31,552 nt of DNA from Selaginella moellendorffii (GCF_000143415.4 NW_003314445.1:102891-134442); one strand, 5' to 3'; positions 1 through 11,612 are shown, counted from the stretch's first letter. The notes: generated by a model not told the origin, from the sequence alone. Made by a program: numbers and translations.

Positions 1-2801
1 CAGCCGCCTCCATCTTCTCCGGCATAGTACTGAAGTGCCAGGTCCTCCACACTGCATTGTTGCCCATCGTAGCCATAAAATCTGCTCTTCATTCCATTGG
101 CATTGTTTAGCGGCCTTCCCATAATCCTCACCTTCAGAAACAGAGTTGTAGCTGAAGGCCAAATATCTGGAAGACACAGTACGTACCACCTTGTGTTTTT
201 TCTTTAAAAGCGCTGCATATGGAGGTACTTTCCACCTTCTAGGAGGTTTTCCTAGTCGGAGAACCCTCCGTTGCAAAGCGACACGATCCCCTCCTCGGAC
301 GTTGAAATCATTTAATCCGTTTTCTGCAACGAGCAGGCTCTCTTCTAAACGCTGTAAGTGCTCCAAGTCAATAGATAGCCGGAGAGTCCAGTATCCTCTC
401 CGTCCAGGACAATACTGCATGCTAAGGAGCTGCTTCAAGAGGTTTACAGCTTCAGCGTATCTGGTCAAGAGCCAGTTTTCGTTCAAAAGTATTGTCCGCC
501 ATTGGTGAAAGAGCGTACCTGCGTTCTTTCTCCAGAAACGATGCAGCCACAGTACAGATTGTTGCATGCACCCATGCAGCCGAAAACCGTGCTAAAAATG
601 GATGCTTGATCTCGGTGTGTGCATTGATCAATTCGAGTGTAGTCCTTGCTTTTCGAAAAGAGGAGTTTACAGCCTCAGAATTACCAGCTTCCAGGGACAT
701 GTCAACCACCTGAGCCAATTGCAATGCCTGAAAACTCGACGGTCAGACAAATTTTATAACAAAGTAGGAACGGACCTGCTCATACGCCAGAAAGTCCTCT
801 CGAGAAGCAAAGACTGGCATTGTTCTAGCGCACCTATAGCTTGGATACTTGATCCTTCCAATATCCACAAGAAGAAAAACATGGAACTCCTGCTCACCGT
901 TTAGAAAGAACAGCCTCTGAATAAATAAATAAATAAATAAATAAATTGCTCAGCATCAGCAGTGTAACACTTTGGAGAGGATGTCAACTGACCTGTAAAC
1001 GCCAAAGTAGAACTTCAAGTGTTTCGGCTATTCGAATGCATGGGCCGGTTGCTTCACGAATTAAAGCCGTTAGATTACTGCCGCCAAGTATTTCACGCTT
1101 GTATAAAAAACCAATGATCACTTGCTACTTACAAATGCAGCGAAATCAATGCATCTCGAATTGCTGTAATAAGCTGAATCTTTTTCAAACTTAGCGTAGC
1201 ACTTTTGATCTGTAAGCAGGAACAGAAATGAAAACAAGGAAGAAAGTCTTAGAAGTAACTACCATGATTTTGCTGTTCACTGCCAAATCTTTGAGCTCTT
1301 GTACAGTCAGATGTTCAAGCAACTCAGACGAATTGACGTCCGCGTCGAAAACTAAGTAGCGTCTCTCTGTTACNNNNNNNNNNNNNNNNNNNNNNNNNNN
1401 NNNNNNNNNNNNNNNNNNNNNNNNNNNNNNNNNNNNNNNNNNNNNNNNNNNNNNNNNNNNNNNNNNNNNNNNNCAGAATTTGTGTCACCAATATCTTCAT
1501 AGAAAATGTTCTGAAGACGGAACCATGGCCCTGCAAAAACCACTGTCTCCCTTGAGTCACAGTTTGTGCGACGGTGTTTAGCTTACCCTTTCGTTGAGCC
1601 AATCTTACAAAAAGGCGCTGTCCATCAGACGAGATTGAACGAAATGCCTCGAGAAGTTCGATCTCGTCTGGAGTAAAGAGATGGAGATCCCGTTCCAATA
1701 CCACTTGGAGCATGTAGAGAAAATTCTGTTGGTATCGACAGCCGTGGTCTTGTCCCTTGTCAGCTGCATCCATCAGACGGCTCCATTTGACAGCCAGCAC
1801 TTTTTCTTCTGAGAGACTTCCAATAGTCCGACTCTGGATCTCACGGAAATCAAGCTTGAGGCGTGCAGCTTCAGATGTACTCTCGGAGACATATCCCTGA
1901 AAGCTTTGTGAACAATTGAAAAACGCCCCAGAGATTAGTTACCTGAACGTCTACCACGCCTTTGTCCATGAGAGGAGAAAAATAACGCGAATGCTCTTTT
2001 GGAATATGTCCCAGCGAAAGCCCATCCGCTGTAAGCACCTGGCGCAATGTTGTTGTCAGCCATGAAACACGTCCATTCACTCAAGTTTACCTTCACAGCG
2101 TATGTATCCATGGGATTTTCTGGTTCCCTTACCAGGTGAACTCGCATCCCAGCTTGGCACTCGACGTCTCTGTGGTACTTGCGGCCAGCAATCCTTGCCT
2201 CCAGGCAGCCATTGTAAAGATCTCTAGTTTCACTGTTGAGCTCTGCCAGAAGGACGCTGTTGGCCACGTCGGGCTCCTCAAAGCATTCAAGAGTAGAAGA
2301 AACTTCCGGTTTCGGAGACCCTGCCGCCGTGTTACAGTCGACCCCAGTCTCGAGCGGAGGAGACTGCTGGATTTCTAGTACGCAGTTTCCGCTTTCCTCG
2401 TACTCTATCTTTTTCGAAAAGTTGAAGTGAAAGAGTGTATGCTGGACACTGTTCTTCTTTTTCTTCCCACTTTGCAGGCAAGTATCTGGACAAGAGACAC
2501 CATCGATCAGCGTGCTTGAATCAAAACAGAGCAAAATCCAAACCAAGATGGCAGTTGACGAGAAGTTCATTCCCGCGTATTTGCTTCCCACACACAGGGC
2601 ATTCCACCCAGTCACAACAAGCTAAGCTCAGGCCTCCTTTTATTTCCAGCGAAACATCACCGCACTCCAACACTTCCTGCAGGAAAACGATCACAGATCC
2701 ACCCAAGAAATAGAAGCTCGATCACTCACCCGAGCCGGGAGTGACACATTGCGCTGCCGCTTCCCAACAAGCCGAATCAAGCTCTCACGGCCCCGGAGCA
2801 T
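1..2801 (-). CDS. FAN1: Fanconi-associated nuclease 1 homolog, copy 1 (multi-exon; 3' end runs off the window start; 100-N gap at 1374-1473)
   Basis: ATG at 2801 gives MLRGRESLIRLVGKRQR, a typical plant FAN1 N-terminus. Spliced exons give a UBZ zinc finger (CPVCG...NCHLDTCL), a HIRAN domain (RIAGRKY...LVREPENPMDTYAVKV|VL...LGHIP), RLFVRLAQRKG|PWFRL, RLFFLNGEQ, and a TPR-like region (RRGYWTLRLSIDLEHL) leading to CSVEDLALQYYAGEDGGG. Introns are short GT-AG, e.g. 2039-2090. No frameshift seen in the exons I translated. Confidence 0.93.
918..945. repeat. (TAAA)n microsatellite in a FAN1 intron; one unit shorter in copy 2 (~29220-29242)
   Basis: Read directly from the sequence. Confidence 0.85.
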
Positions 2802-3145
2802 TGCTGAGATTGTGTGTAGGACGCTTCCTCTTCGCAGACCTAAACCCTAGCCAAATAAAATATTTCCCTCCATTCCTTTGAATTCACTAGGGCAAAAGCT
2901 TATGATATTAAGTGCACATGATTGAATTATAAAATAGATGCCTTCAAAGTTTGGTCACCTGTATTACAAGCAAACTCAAAGAGATCTTCTTAGCGTGCTT
3001 CGACCAAGGGGAGAAGTTAATATGTACACGGCACTTCAAGACTATGAAGTCAATATAAATCGCAATCCCACTCCTCAAGGCTATAAAAACAGCCCCAAAA
3101 TTCCATTGCAGAACCACGAGTTCTCATACTATCCATTTAAGTACC

Positions 3146-3944
3146 ATGGCATTAGTCATGATAATGTTTATGCTATGCCTCCTAGGATTTTCTCCGTTCT
3201 CTACACTGGCATCTCCCTCTAGTATTATAACTGTGTCTGTGTTTAGGAAGTTCTTCCCATCCAACATCGCGAATCCTTTCTACACATACAACGATTTCAT
3301 TGCGGCAACAAANNNNNNNNNNNNNNNNNNNNNNNNNNNNNNNNNNNNNNNNNNNNNNNNNNNNNNNNNNNNNNNNNNNNNNNNNNNNNNNNNNNNNNNN
3401 NNNNNNNNNNNNNNNNNNNNNNNNNNNNNNNNNNNNNNNNNNNNNNNNNNNNNNNNNNNNNNNNNNNNNNNNNNNNNNNNNNNNNNNNNNNNNNNNNNNN
3501 NNNNNNNNNNNNNNNNNNNNNNNNNNNNNNNNNNNNNNNNNNNNNNNNNNNNNNNNNNNNNNNNNNNNNNNNNNNNNNNNNNNNNNNNNNNNNNNNNNNN
3601 NNNNNNNNNNNNNNNNNNNNNNNNNNNNNNNNNNNNNNNNNNNNNNNNNNNNNNNNNNNNNNNNNNNNNNNNNNNNNNNNNNNNNNNNNNNNNNNNNNNN
3701 NNNNNNTGCTCAGAATGGCGTCCTTTCATGGAGGTCATCAGTGTGGTTTTGGATGCAAAATTCGAATTGCCACACCGCAATAACGCAGAACCAAGGATTT
3801 GGAGCTACAATCCGAGCCATCAATGGAGGACCGGAGTGTGGCAAGGGCAGTGAGACACAACCCGCACAGAACCGCATCAATTATTACAAGGACTTTTGCT
3901 CACAGTTGGGTGTTTCACCAGGTGGGAACCTTGGCTGTGCTTAA
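3146..3944 (+). CDS. Secreted GH19 chitinase without hevein domain, copy 1 (middle in N gap)
   Basis: Signal-peptide-like MALVMIMFMLCLLGFSP, then FYTYNDFIAA. The C-terminus SVWFWM...QGFGATIRAINGGPEC...NRINYYKDFCSQLGVSPGGNLGC* is a classic GH19 end. Confidence 0.9.
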
Positions 3945-4030
3945 ACAAATGTTTTTAAAAGTAATGAATAAGTAATTAACTACTGAATAAAAACAAATAA
4001 TAAATCTGGAAATTGGTCGTTGATGATTTT

Positions 4031-4790
4031 AATCTTTACAGTAGCAAGAATTACTAGAGGAGAATGCTGAAAAGTCTATAATAAAGCCGATAATAATATC
4101 TTGCCTATCAGTCTACTTACAAAATGGGTAAAGTTGTAAGATGATGGATATCTAAAAAAATTTGGTATCTAAAAAGCATTGCTGATATTACTGCATGTTC
4201 ATTTTAAACAGAAATTCTAAGTACTTGCTTTGTTGCTACCATCGGTTCTATCCCACTCTTGAAGCTGATCGAGGTATCCAGTGTGATAAATTAACCTGTG
4301 GGGGGGATTGTCGTTAAAACAACGACTTGAAATAGCTAAGCAAAATACTGTCTCAGTATGATATTAGCTTATTTTAGTGCAGATAATACGGCCCAAAAGC
4401 AAAATTAGAGACCTTGGATTAGCTTCTAGCAATCTTTACAGTAGCAAGAATTACTAGAGGAGAATGCTGAAAAGTCATGTATAATAAAGCCGATAATAAT
4501 ATCTTGCCTATCAGTCTACTTAGAAAGTGGGTAAGATGATGGATATCTAAACAATTTTGTTATGTAAAAGGCATTGCTGATATTACCACATGAGACATGT
4601 GAGGGAGAGAGGTCAGACCTAAACCCTTCTTCTCGTTCGTTTTAAATGGAAACTCTAAGTACTTGCTTTGTTGCCACCATCGGTTCCATCCCACTCTCGA
4701 AGCTGGAGTGTGATAAATTAACCTGCGCGGGATTGTCGTTAAAACAACGACTTAAAATAGCTAAGCAAAATACTGTCTCAGTATGATACT
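4031..4790. repeat. Imperfect tandem duplication, 400-bp period (4031-~4361 and 4431-~4787)
   Basis: AATCTTTACAGTAGCAAGAATTACTAGAGGAGAATGCTGAAAAGTC starts at both 4031 and 4431. The copies are collinear to CTGTCTCAGTATGATA with several indels. Confidence 0.9.
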
Positions 4791-4860
4791 TCCAGTTTCC
4801 TGCTTCACATTTGCAAAGTAGGCAGCCAGTTCCCTCTTTTGAACATCAAGACTCCCCGAC

Positions 4861-5216
4861 AGTAAACTCACATAGCATTTATCCATTAATCTCATACTAC
4901 AGAAGAGGGTCTTTGCAGCTCACCTGGTAAGCTGGAAATGTTATATTCAAAATTTAAAGAGTATATATATGCAGGAATTACAATTACGATGCTGCTGGAA
5001 AGGCTTTCAACATGAACCTCCTCCAAAATCTAGACCAGGTTGCTCAGAATGGCATCCTTTCGTGGAGGTCATCAGTGTGGTTTTGGATGCAAAATTCGAA
5101 TTGCCACACATAGAACCAAGGATTTGGAGCTACAATTCGAGCCATCAATGGAGGTCAGGAGTGTGGCAAGGGCAGTGAGACACACACACAGAACCGTATC
5201 TGTTTTTAAAAGTAAT
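4861..5216 (+). pseudogene. GH19 chitinase pseudogene fragment (copy 3)
   Basis: Starts with sequence matching chitinase intron 1 (compare 31410-31439). It continues YYRRGSLQLTW|intron|NYNYDAAGKAFNMNLLQNLDQVAQNGILSWRSSVWFWMQNSNCH. Deletions remove most of exon 2 and the C-terminal part, and it rejoins the 3' UTR motif TGTTTTTAAAAGTAAT. Confidence 0.85.
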
Positions 5217-5429
5217 TATTAATCAACTAATTAGTTCAACCTCCCTAAAGCTGTTCCTTGGTCAAGTTTCCCTGCTAGAACATGAAGGACAAGAAGACTT
5301 AGCGAGGAAGGGGGATAGAGCATGTATACCAAGGTGTGGCAATAAAGAGACTTATTTGGAGATCATCTTCGAGTTTTAAGACAACGATCACATCGTTTCT
5401 GCATGATCAGCGACATCAAGTCGACATTC

Positions 5430-5818
5430 TGCTCGCCCAACAATTGATCCCATTTTGCAAAGTATTAACTCGAATTATGCCAATGGGGTGAATTTTGCGG
5501 TCTCTGGAGTGACTGCTTTGAACACCAGCCTCGAAGTCCCACTGTACCTTTCGGTTCAGATTGACCAGTTTCTAAGGTTCAAGCAGGATGCTTACGACAG
5601 CGGACATGGTAAAGGTAATGATTCTTCTCAGACTTTGCAAAGGTTAGTGTAGTTTCCTCTGTAGGGACGCAAAAGCTAGTTCCTTATTATCATCATCTAA
5701 AGACTGCTCTATATGTGGTTGTCATAAGTACTAATGACCTTCTCAATTCCTACTTGTTGGAGCATAGAAGCTCTAAGAATGTAACAGTTGAGGTTGTTCT
5801 ATATGTTGTGAGAGCCAT
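5430..5818 (+). pseudogene. GDSL/SGNH esterase-lipase fragment
   Basis: Block II region IDPILQSINSNYANGVNFAVSGVTAL...LSVQIDQFLRFK and block III-like ALYVVVISTNDLL. No block I upstream, and no continuation was found after the gap or the retroelement. Confidence 0.8.
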
Positions 5819-6256
5819 NNNNNNNNNNNNNNNNNNNNNNNNNNNNNNNNNNNNNNNNNNNNNNNNNNNNNNNNNNNNNNNNNNNNNNNNNNNNNNNNNN
5901 NNNNNNNNNNNNNNNNNNNNNNNNNNNNNNNNNNNNNNNNNNNNNNNNNNNNNNNNNNNNNNNNNNNNNNNNNNNNNNNNNNNNNNNNNNNNNNNNNNNN
6001 NNNNNNNNNNNNNNNNNNNNNNNNNNNNNNNNNNNNNNNNNNNNNNNNNNNNNNNNNNNNNNNNNNNNNNNNNNNNNNNNNNNNNNNNNNNNNNNNNNNN
6101 NNNNNNNNNNNNNNNNNNNNNNNNNNNNNNNNNNNNNNNNNNNNNNNNNNNNNNNNNNNNNNNNNNNNNNNNNNNNNNNNNNNNNNNNNNNNNNNNNNNN
6201 NNNNNNNNNNNNNNNNNNNNNNNNNNNNNNNNNNNNNNNNNNNNNNNNNNNNNNNN

Positions 6257-6307
6257 AACCCTAGGTTCAAGGTCGGAGTCCCCTGAACCTTGTTTTTGGT
6301 TGAGACA
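6257..6307 (-). repeat. Outer element 3' LTR (visible 5' part only)
   Basis: Begins TG at 6307; 6284-6307 is identical to 23947-23970. Confidence 0.88.
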
Positions 6308-6636
6308 CTCTGCTCCCCTGACAGAACTAGACACGTGCGAACATAGTCAGTCTCCATCGCTTGTTGTTGCTGCTGCTCCAGTCGATAGAGGCGACGTTTT
6401 TGCTGTGGGAGTGTAAGCTCGTGGTTGGGGACACTGTCTGGTGGATCTGTCCCATCTTCCTGGAGGTCGGCTACCTCAGCCAAGAGGGCGGTATGATCAT
6501 CCTCGAGCTTCCGGTAGCGGGTGTTGAACTCTTCATATTTGAATTTGTAGGTGAATTCATGAGCTGCTGATGGGGTTGATGGCTGTTTGGAGATGATCTT
6601 CCTAATGTCCCGGAGGTCAGTGCGGATTTGCTTCAT
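6257..6636 (-). CDS. Accessory ORF of the outer element, coiled-coil-like, reading through the PPT into the 3' LTR
   Basis: Open from ATG 6636 to the gap; heptad-like FNTRYRKLEDDHTALLAEVADLQED. Function unknown. Confidence 0.45.
6308..6319 (-). other. Polypurine tract of the outer element
   Basis: AGGGGAGCAGAG directly precedes the 3' LTR TG on the minus strand. Confidence 0.8.
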
Positions 6637-7007
6637 CTCCTCGAGCTGAGTTCTAGTTGGTGGTTTAAAGGCTTGTAAAACTCCTTCTTGACTACTCCCC
6701 AGGTGTATATGAAGGAATCTTGCTTGAGAAGATGCTGTGCAATGTCAGCTGGTGTTGGGAAGTGGTTCGCTTGCTCGCGGTACATGTGTTGATCGAGGGC
6801 TTCGAACAACTTGCGGGTGCAGTAGCTTGGGTTGCGGAGTTTATCCTTGTATTCCTTCCTGATCTCATCGTAATCACGGCATACCTGGCTCTGTGGCTGA
6901 GGCATGGCTGCTGCTCCTACTCCTACTCCGTGATCCTGGTGTATCTCGCTAGGGTTCGCTGTGTTCTTGCTAGGAGTTGAAGTTGCTGGAGGCTTAATCT
7001 GCTTCAT
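6633..7007 (-). CDS. Accessory ORF of the outer element (124 aa, unknown function)
   Basis: Intact ORF with protein-like composition (VCRDYDEIRKEYKDKL...SFIYTWGVVKKEFY). Its stop overlaps the next ATG. Confidence 0.45.
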   Translation of the reverse strand: MKQIKPPATSTPSKNTANPSEIHQDHGVGVGAAAMPQPQSQVCRDYDEIRKEYKDKLRNPSYCTRKLFEALDQHMYREQANHFPTPADIAQHLLKQDSFIYTWGVVKKEFYKPLNHQLELSSRR

Positions 7008-8304
7008 TGGATGTGGGTGACGTGGTTGGGCTGGATTCTTTGAGGTGGGTGGAGAGGAGCTTTTCGGTTTGATGCTGGATGAACGGCCTAGATGTGGCGC
7101 TCAAATTAATGTATCTGTTGGCAAATTTTTCTCTTGGAATTTTGTTGAAGGGGCAGATAATGCTGGTCGTGGCATTTGCTGGAGTAGGCATGGTTCCATG
7201 TTCTGCAAGTGATTGGCGAAGGTAGTTGATGTTTTCTTTTGTGGAACGTGTTGAGGAGGTTGGGGCAGTGAGAATGTTGTTCTTAGCTGGTGGAGAAACT
7301 GAGTTCTGGGCGAGCAGCTGATGTTTTGCTTTGGCGATGTTGATGTGTTTGTGAGAAGTTGTCGGTTTTGGGGCTGATTCGAGTGGATTTGGGCTCTGGG
7401 GTGAGTGTGGAAACTGGTGTGAGTTGTCTTTATTGTCGCTGATGACGAGGTGCTCTTGGATCAGCGGTTTTGGAGCTGGATTCGTTGGTGTTTTGTGTGT
7501 GAGGCGGCGGCGAAGTGGAGTTTAATCGTGGGAGTGTTTGTTGCTCGAGCTGGTGTTGTTGGAGTGAGTTGAGCCTGATTGTTGAGATGCTGGCTTCGGT
7601 TTCTTGTTGGGAGTTGCTGCTTCTGATTCTGAGTGTTCTTCGGAGCTGTCACTTTGTTCTGTGGATTTCGTTTGGGTTGTCCACGGTTGTTTGTTGGGAA
7701 GAGCTTGGTGTAGAGCGATCAGCATTGGGAAGATTACTGTCTGCATGGTCTTCTGGTTGAGTGTGGTGAGGATGGCGTGGTCGAGAAGCTTGAGAAGGAG
7801 CTCGTGGAGATGATGAGCCACATTCACACGTTTGCCGTTGAGTAGAGCTCCATAGACTTCTGCTGTGCGCTTGCCGATGGTGCAATCTGTTGGGTGAAGT
7901 TCGTAGTAGAGGAGGAGGGCTTTGAGGTGATCCATATGCTGCTCCTCGATATCCTCCCATGTGAGCTCACCGGTAATTTCTTGATTGGCTTTGATGATTT
8001 GCTGTGGAACTTCTCCTGAAAATTTGATCAATCCCTTGTTGGAGATTTTGAAAACGGAGGTGATTCTTGCTGTGCTGAGGGTGATCTCGTTGGTGCCGTC
8101 AGTTATGGTGCTGTTCTTGGGGTTGAAGGAGGCAGCCAGCTTTCTCGCCAGTTTTTGGTCTGGGTGTGTTGAAATGGCCTTGTGGAGGAGCTCGAATCCA
8201 TGGTCCTTGATCCATGTGGTTGTGTCGTTGCTGGGAAGCCTAGGAATATGGTGTATGACGTATCTGAGGTGCCGGGGTGGATGAGCTGGCATCTTTCTCT
8301 TCAT
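6994..8304 (-). CDS. Post-pol extra ORF, resembling Athila-type 'env-like'/putative plant transposon protein (one internal stop at 7522-7524)
   Basis: 260-aa ORF with ITLSTARITSVFKI, LLNGKRVNVAHHLHELL and VIFPMLIAL, resembling the PF20167-type domain by eye. The same frame continues past one TAA to 6994 as a Pro/Ser/Thr-rich tail. Confidence 0.6.
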
Positions 8305-8471
8305 TTTCTGCGATCAAAGTGCTCACCCCGTTAGGGTTCTTGAAACCTGTAACTGGTTGGCTGATCGTGCGGCGCTCGATTGCTGGTGATGAACGGTAGA
8401 GATTTGTTGACGGAATTGATGTGGTTTGATTTGGCTTGATTGCAAATCAATGGTGGATATTGGTGATGAAG

Positions 8472-10442
8472 CTAACTCAAGTTCAACTGTTGATATTTGC
8501 TCAGGTGGTGTTGATCCAACAGTACTTGGGACTTAGAGATTTTTGCTGCTGTTTGTTGCTGAAGTTGATGGATGAGTTCGTGTTGCGTCGAGTTGAGTTG
8601 TGTCGAACTGATTTGAGTTAAAGTTTGTCTGCCAGGGTTATTGTCGATTGTTGGTTTTGGGGTGTTTGTTGGTTTGGGTCGGAAATTTGCTGACGTGCTG
8701 ATGCTGAACATGTTGACGTGATATGGTCGAAGCTTGTTGAGGTTGACGATCTCAGTGAAGTCTTCAGTGAGTGTGCTGACTTTGGCGGTGCCGTTGGGGT
8801 ATAGTTCAATGATTTTGAAAGGTCCTTGCCAGTTGGTGTGGAGTTTTCAGCCAAGTTTGCTAATGGGTCCTCAATGCCAGAGAACATGATCGTCGACGCT
8901 GTATTTGGGAATGTTATGCCGAGATGCTTGTCGGTCGTGCCAAGCTTTTCTCTGTTTTTGGATGGTGTGAAGTGTCCAGAGGGCATTGAGTCGGAGTTTG
9001 TCGAGATGTTCAAGTTGCTGAAGCCTTTCTCAAACTGCATGTTGGGTGTCGAGATTATACTTGACGGTGACTCGCATGCTTGGGACGATGAATTCGATTG
9101 GCGTGATGGCTTCTGTTCCAAAGGCAAGTTTGAATGGCATCATGTCGGTGGTGACTTTATACACAGTTCGATAGGCCCAAAGTATGTCAAGAAGTTTGTC
9201 ATCCCAGTCTTTGCCGGAATCATTGATGACTTTTTTGAGGATGGTCTTCAGTGTTTTGTTTGTTGCTTCTGCTTGACCATTGCCTTGAGGATAGTATGGT
9301 GTCGACATTTTGTGTCGGATTTTGAACTTGGTGGCGAGATATTCAATTGTTTCGTTGATGAAATGGGTGCCTCTGTCAGTGACGAGTTCAAGTGGTGTGC
9401 CGAAACGAGTGATGATATTTTCATAGATGAAGGTTGCTGTTGCTTTCGCTGTGGCATGTCAGAGAGGTATTTCTTCGGCCCACTTGGTAGTGTAATCAGT
9501 GGCGACGATGATGTACTGATTTTGTCGATGGGTGCTGACTTGGGGTCCGACAAAGTCGAGTCCCCATTTCTAAAATGGTGCCATTGGAAATGTTGGGTTG
9601 AGTTGTTGAGTCTGAGTTTTCTGTGGTAATCGGTGTTGTTGACATGTGTCGCAGCATTTGCAAAATTCTTCAGTGTCATGCCAGAGTGTTGGCCACCAGA
9701 GGCTGGCTTGAAGAATCTTCCGAGTGGTGGTGTCAGCGGCAAAGTGTCCACCGGAAGGTCCATCATGAGCTTCCTTGATGATTTGAGTTGTGTTTGGCTG
9801 CTTGATGCATCGGTGAAGAATGTTGTCAATTCCGAGTTTGTAGAGAGTACCTCCAATGATTGAGTATTGTCGGGTTTTAGCAACAAAAGTCTTCTTTTGG
9901 TCGGACGTAGTGTACTGATCTGGAACTTTTGCTGAGTTCAGGTAACTGAAGACGTCATCGAGCCAGGTTGCTGGTATTGAAACTCGGAATAGGTTTGAGT
10001 CGGGTAAGTTGTCGGTAAGTCTTTCGGGTTTGTCACTGGTGGTGATCCGGCTGAGATAGTCTGCTTGCTCGTGATTTTTGCCAGGTTTGTGGACGATCTT
10101 GAAGTTGTATTCTTGTAGTAAAAGGAACCATCTTGATATTCGACCAGATAGTATCGGCTTGTTGATGAGGTAAAGGAGTGCCTTGTGGTCGATGAAAAGG
10201 ACGACTTTTGTTGACAGTATGTAGTGTCGGAACTTCTGAAGTGAGTAGATCATACCAAGAGCTTCTTTCTCGGTGGTGGTGTAATTTCATTCAGCTGGGT
10301 TGAGTAGTCAGCTGGCGTAGTAGATTGGTTGATCTCGGTTGTTGTGTTGAGTTTGGCTGAGAATTGCACCAGTGGCGACGTCAGAAGTGTCAACATGAAT
10401 GTGGAACTCTTGTGTCCAGTGGGGTTTGGCAAGGATTGGTGC
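8472..10442 (-). pseudogene. Outer element pol, 3' part: RNase H and integrase (GPF motif, no chromodomain), with premature stops
   Basis: RNase H: FHIHVDTSDVATGAIL, YTTTEKEALGMIYSLQKFRHY, IDHKAL. Integrase: HHCC (AHDGPSGGHF...CKCCDTCQ), [37 protein letters not shown]. Confidence 0.93.
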
Positions 10443-10447
10443 TGTTG

Positions 10448-11598
10448 TGTTGCGAATGTGACTTCAGGTATCGAAAGTTACTTGTCGGCCAGTCCTTACG
10501 GACACTCTTACCTTACTGCCACGATGGCAGGAGGTCGGTATTGCTGGACCTGTTATTAGTCTCCACCTAAGCTAGTTGAGAAACTGGTCATCACATGTGC
10601 ACTTAGACCGGAAGGACACTAAGGAAGGAAATCCTAAGTTGTCATTTAGTCAAGCAAACTTAACACGGTGATGAGAAACTCATGATGTTGGCTTGCACTT
10701 GCTAGTGTTGGGAACCCTTGCAATATTGAGCTTGGTCCCTCAATATCACTAGATGATAGTTTACCGTGTCTGCCAAACACCCTCGCTATCATGCCCTTTG
10801 TGTTAGTCTCATTTCGGTCCCAAATGCTATTTATGGAAAGTGTCCAGATTTTCTCATTTGGCATATCTACGGAATATAGAGATTGACCTGAACACAATGG
10901 TGTTCATCCCGTGTCCAAATTTGCAATCTAAGGACATTCCATATTTAGTAAGTTTCGAGTTTGTCCTTGAGACTAACTCCTAATACTAAGGGAGGCTTGG
11001 GGTGAAAGCCCAAAGCGTGTGTTCCTCAAGGGGGGGGGGGGGGGGCTAGGGGGGGTTCCAAATGTATAGTAGGGATAGTGGGTAGATCGGGCATGGCCGA
11101 CTAACCTAAGGCATAGTCTAACTCCCGCTTGCGTGCCTGTCCTTGTTCTACGTCTGGCTTGGGTCTAAGCCCAAGTTCCACACCATGCTAGTTGGTGGAG
11201 TACCCATGTCCTTGCGTTAGGCCACCAGTATACCAAAATAGCACCAGACTCCGTTTGGCTCCGTTTTACGTGTTGGTCCTGGCATTGGGATGTTGGTTAC
11301 TCTAGGACTGTTCCAAGTTGCTCCGGGCTCTTGTCCTTTTGCTCCTTGGGCTTTATGCTCGGGAGTTGCTCTGTGATTCGGTTCACTCCTTGGCTTCGTG
11401 CTTGGGAGTTTGGCACTATTCCTTCGTTCAGTGGCCCAAGGCCCTGAACCTCAGGTTCCTATGGACACGTGGCATGGACATGTGGTATGTGACACGTGGC
11501 ATCTGTCACGTGGCACAAAGAGGGTTTAGGTTCCGCTTCGTGGTGTTATCCTATGGTAAATCACCATAGGATAAAGGGTAAAAACCACGTGCACTACG
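10448..11598 (+). repeat. Inner element 5' LTR
   Basis: TGTTGCGAATG...GCACTACG (terminal CA mutated to CG); collinear with 16574-17710. Confidence 0.93.
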
Positions 11599-11600
11599 TT

Positions 11601-11612
11601 TGGTATTAGAGG
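11601..11612 (+). other. Primer-binding site, tRNA-iMet type (degenerate)
   Basis: TGGTATTAGAGG, 2 nt after the LTR, versus the canonical TGGTATCAGAGC. Confidence 0.8.

Noticed and set aside
3146-6636. Long ORFs spanning N gaps (e.g. 3280-3780, 5715-6416, 5750-6334)
   Set aside because: Artefacts of translating Ns; the same applies to 23583-23966 and 26216-26538.
8826-9629. 267-aa plus-strand ORF and other antisense ORFs over gag-pol (e.g. 20008-20665)
   Set aside because: These are shadows of the A/C-rich coding strand and carry no recognisable motifs.
10448-10570. Repeated small ORF (ECDFRYRKLLVGQ...) at 10364-10570 and 16496-16696
   Set aside because: It is repeated only because it lies in the LTR start; there is no independent coding evidence.
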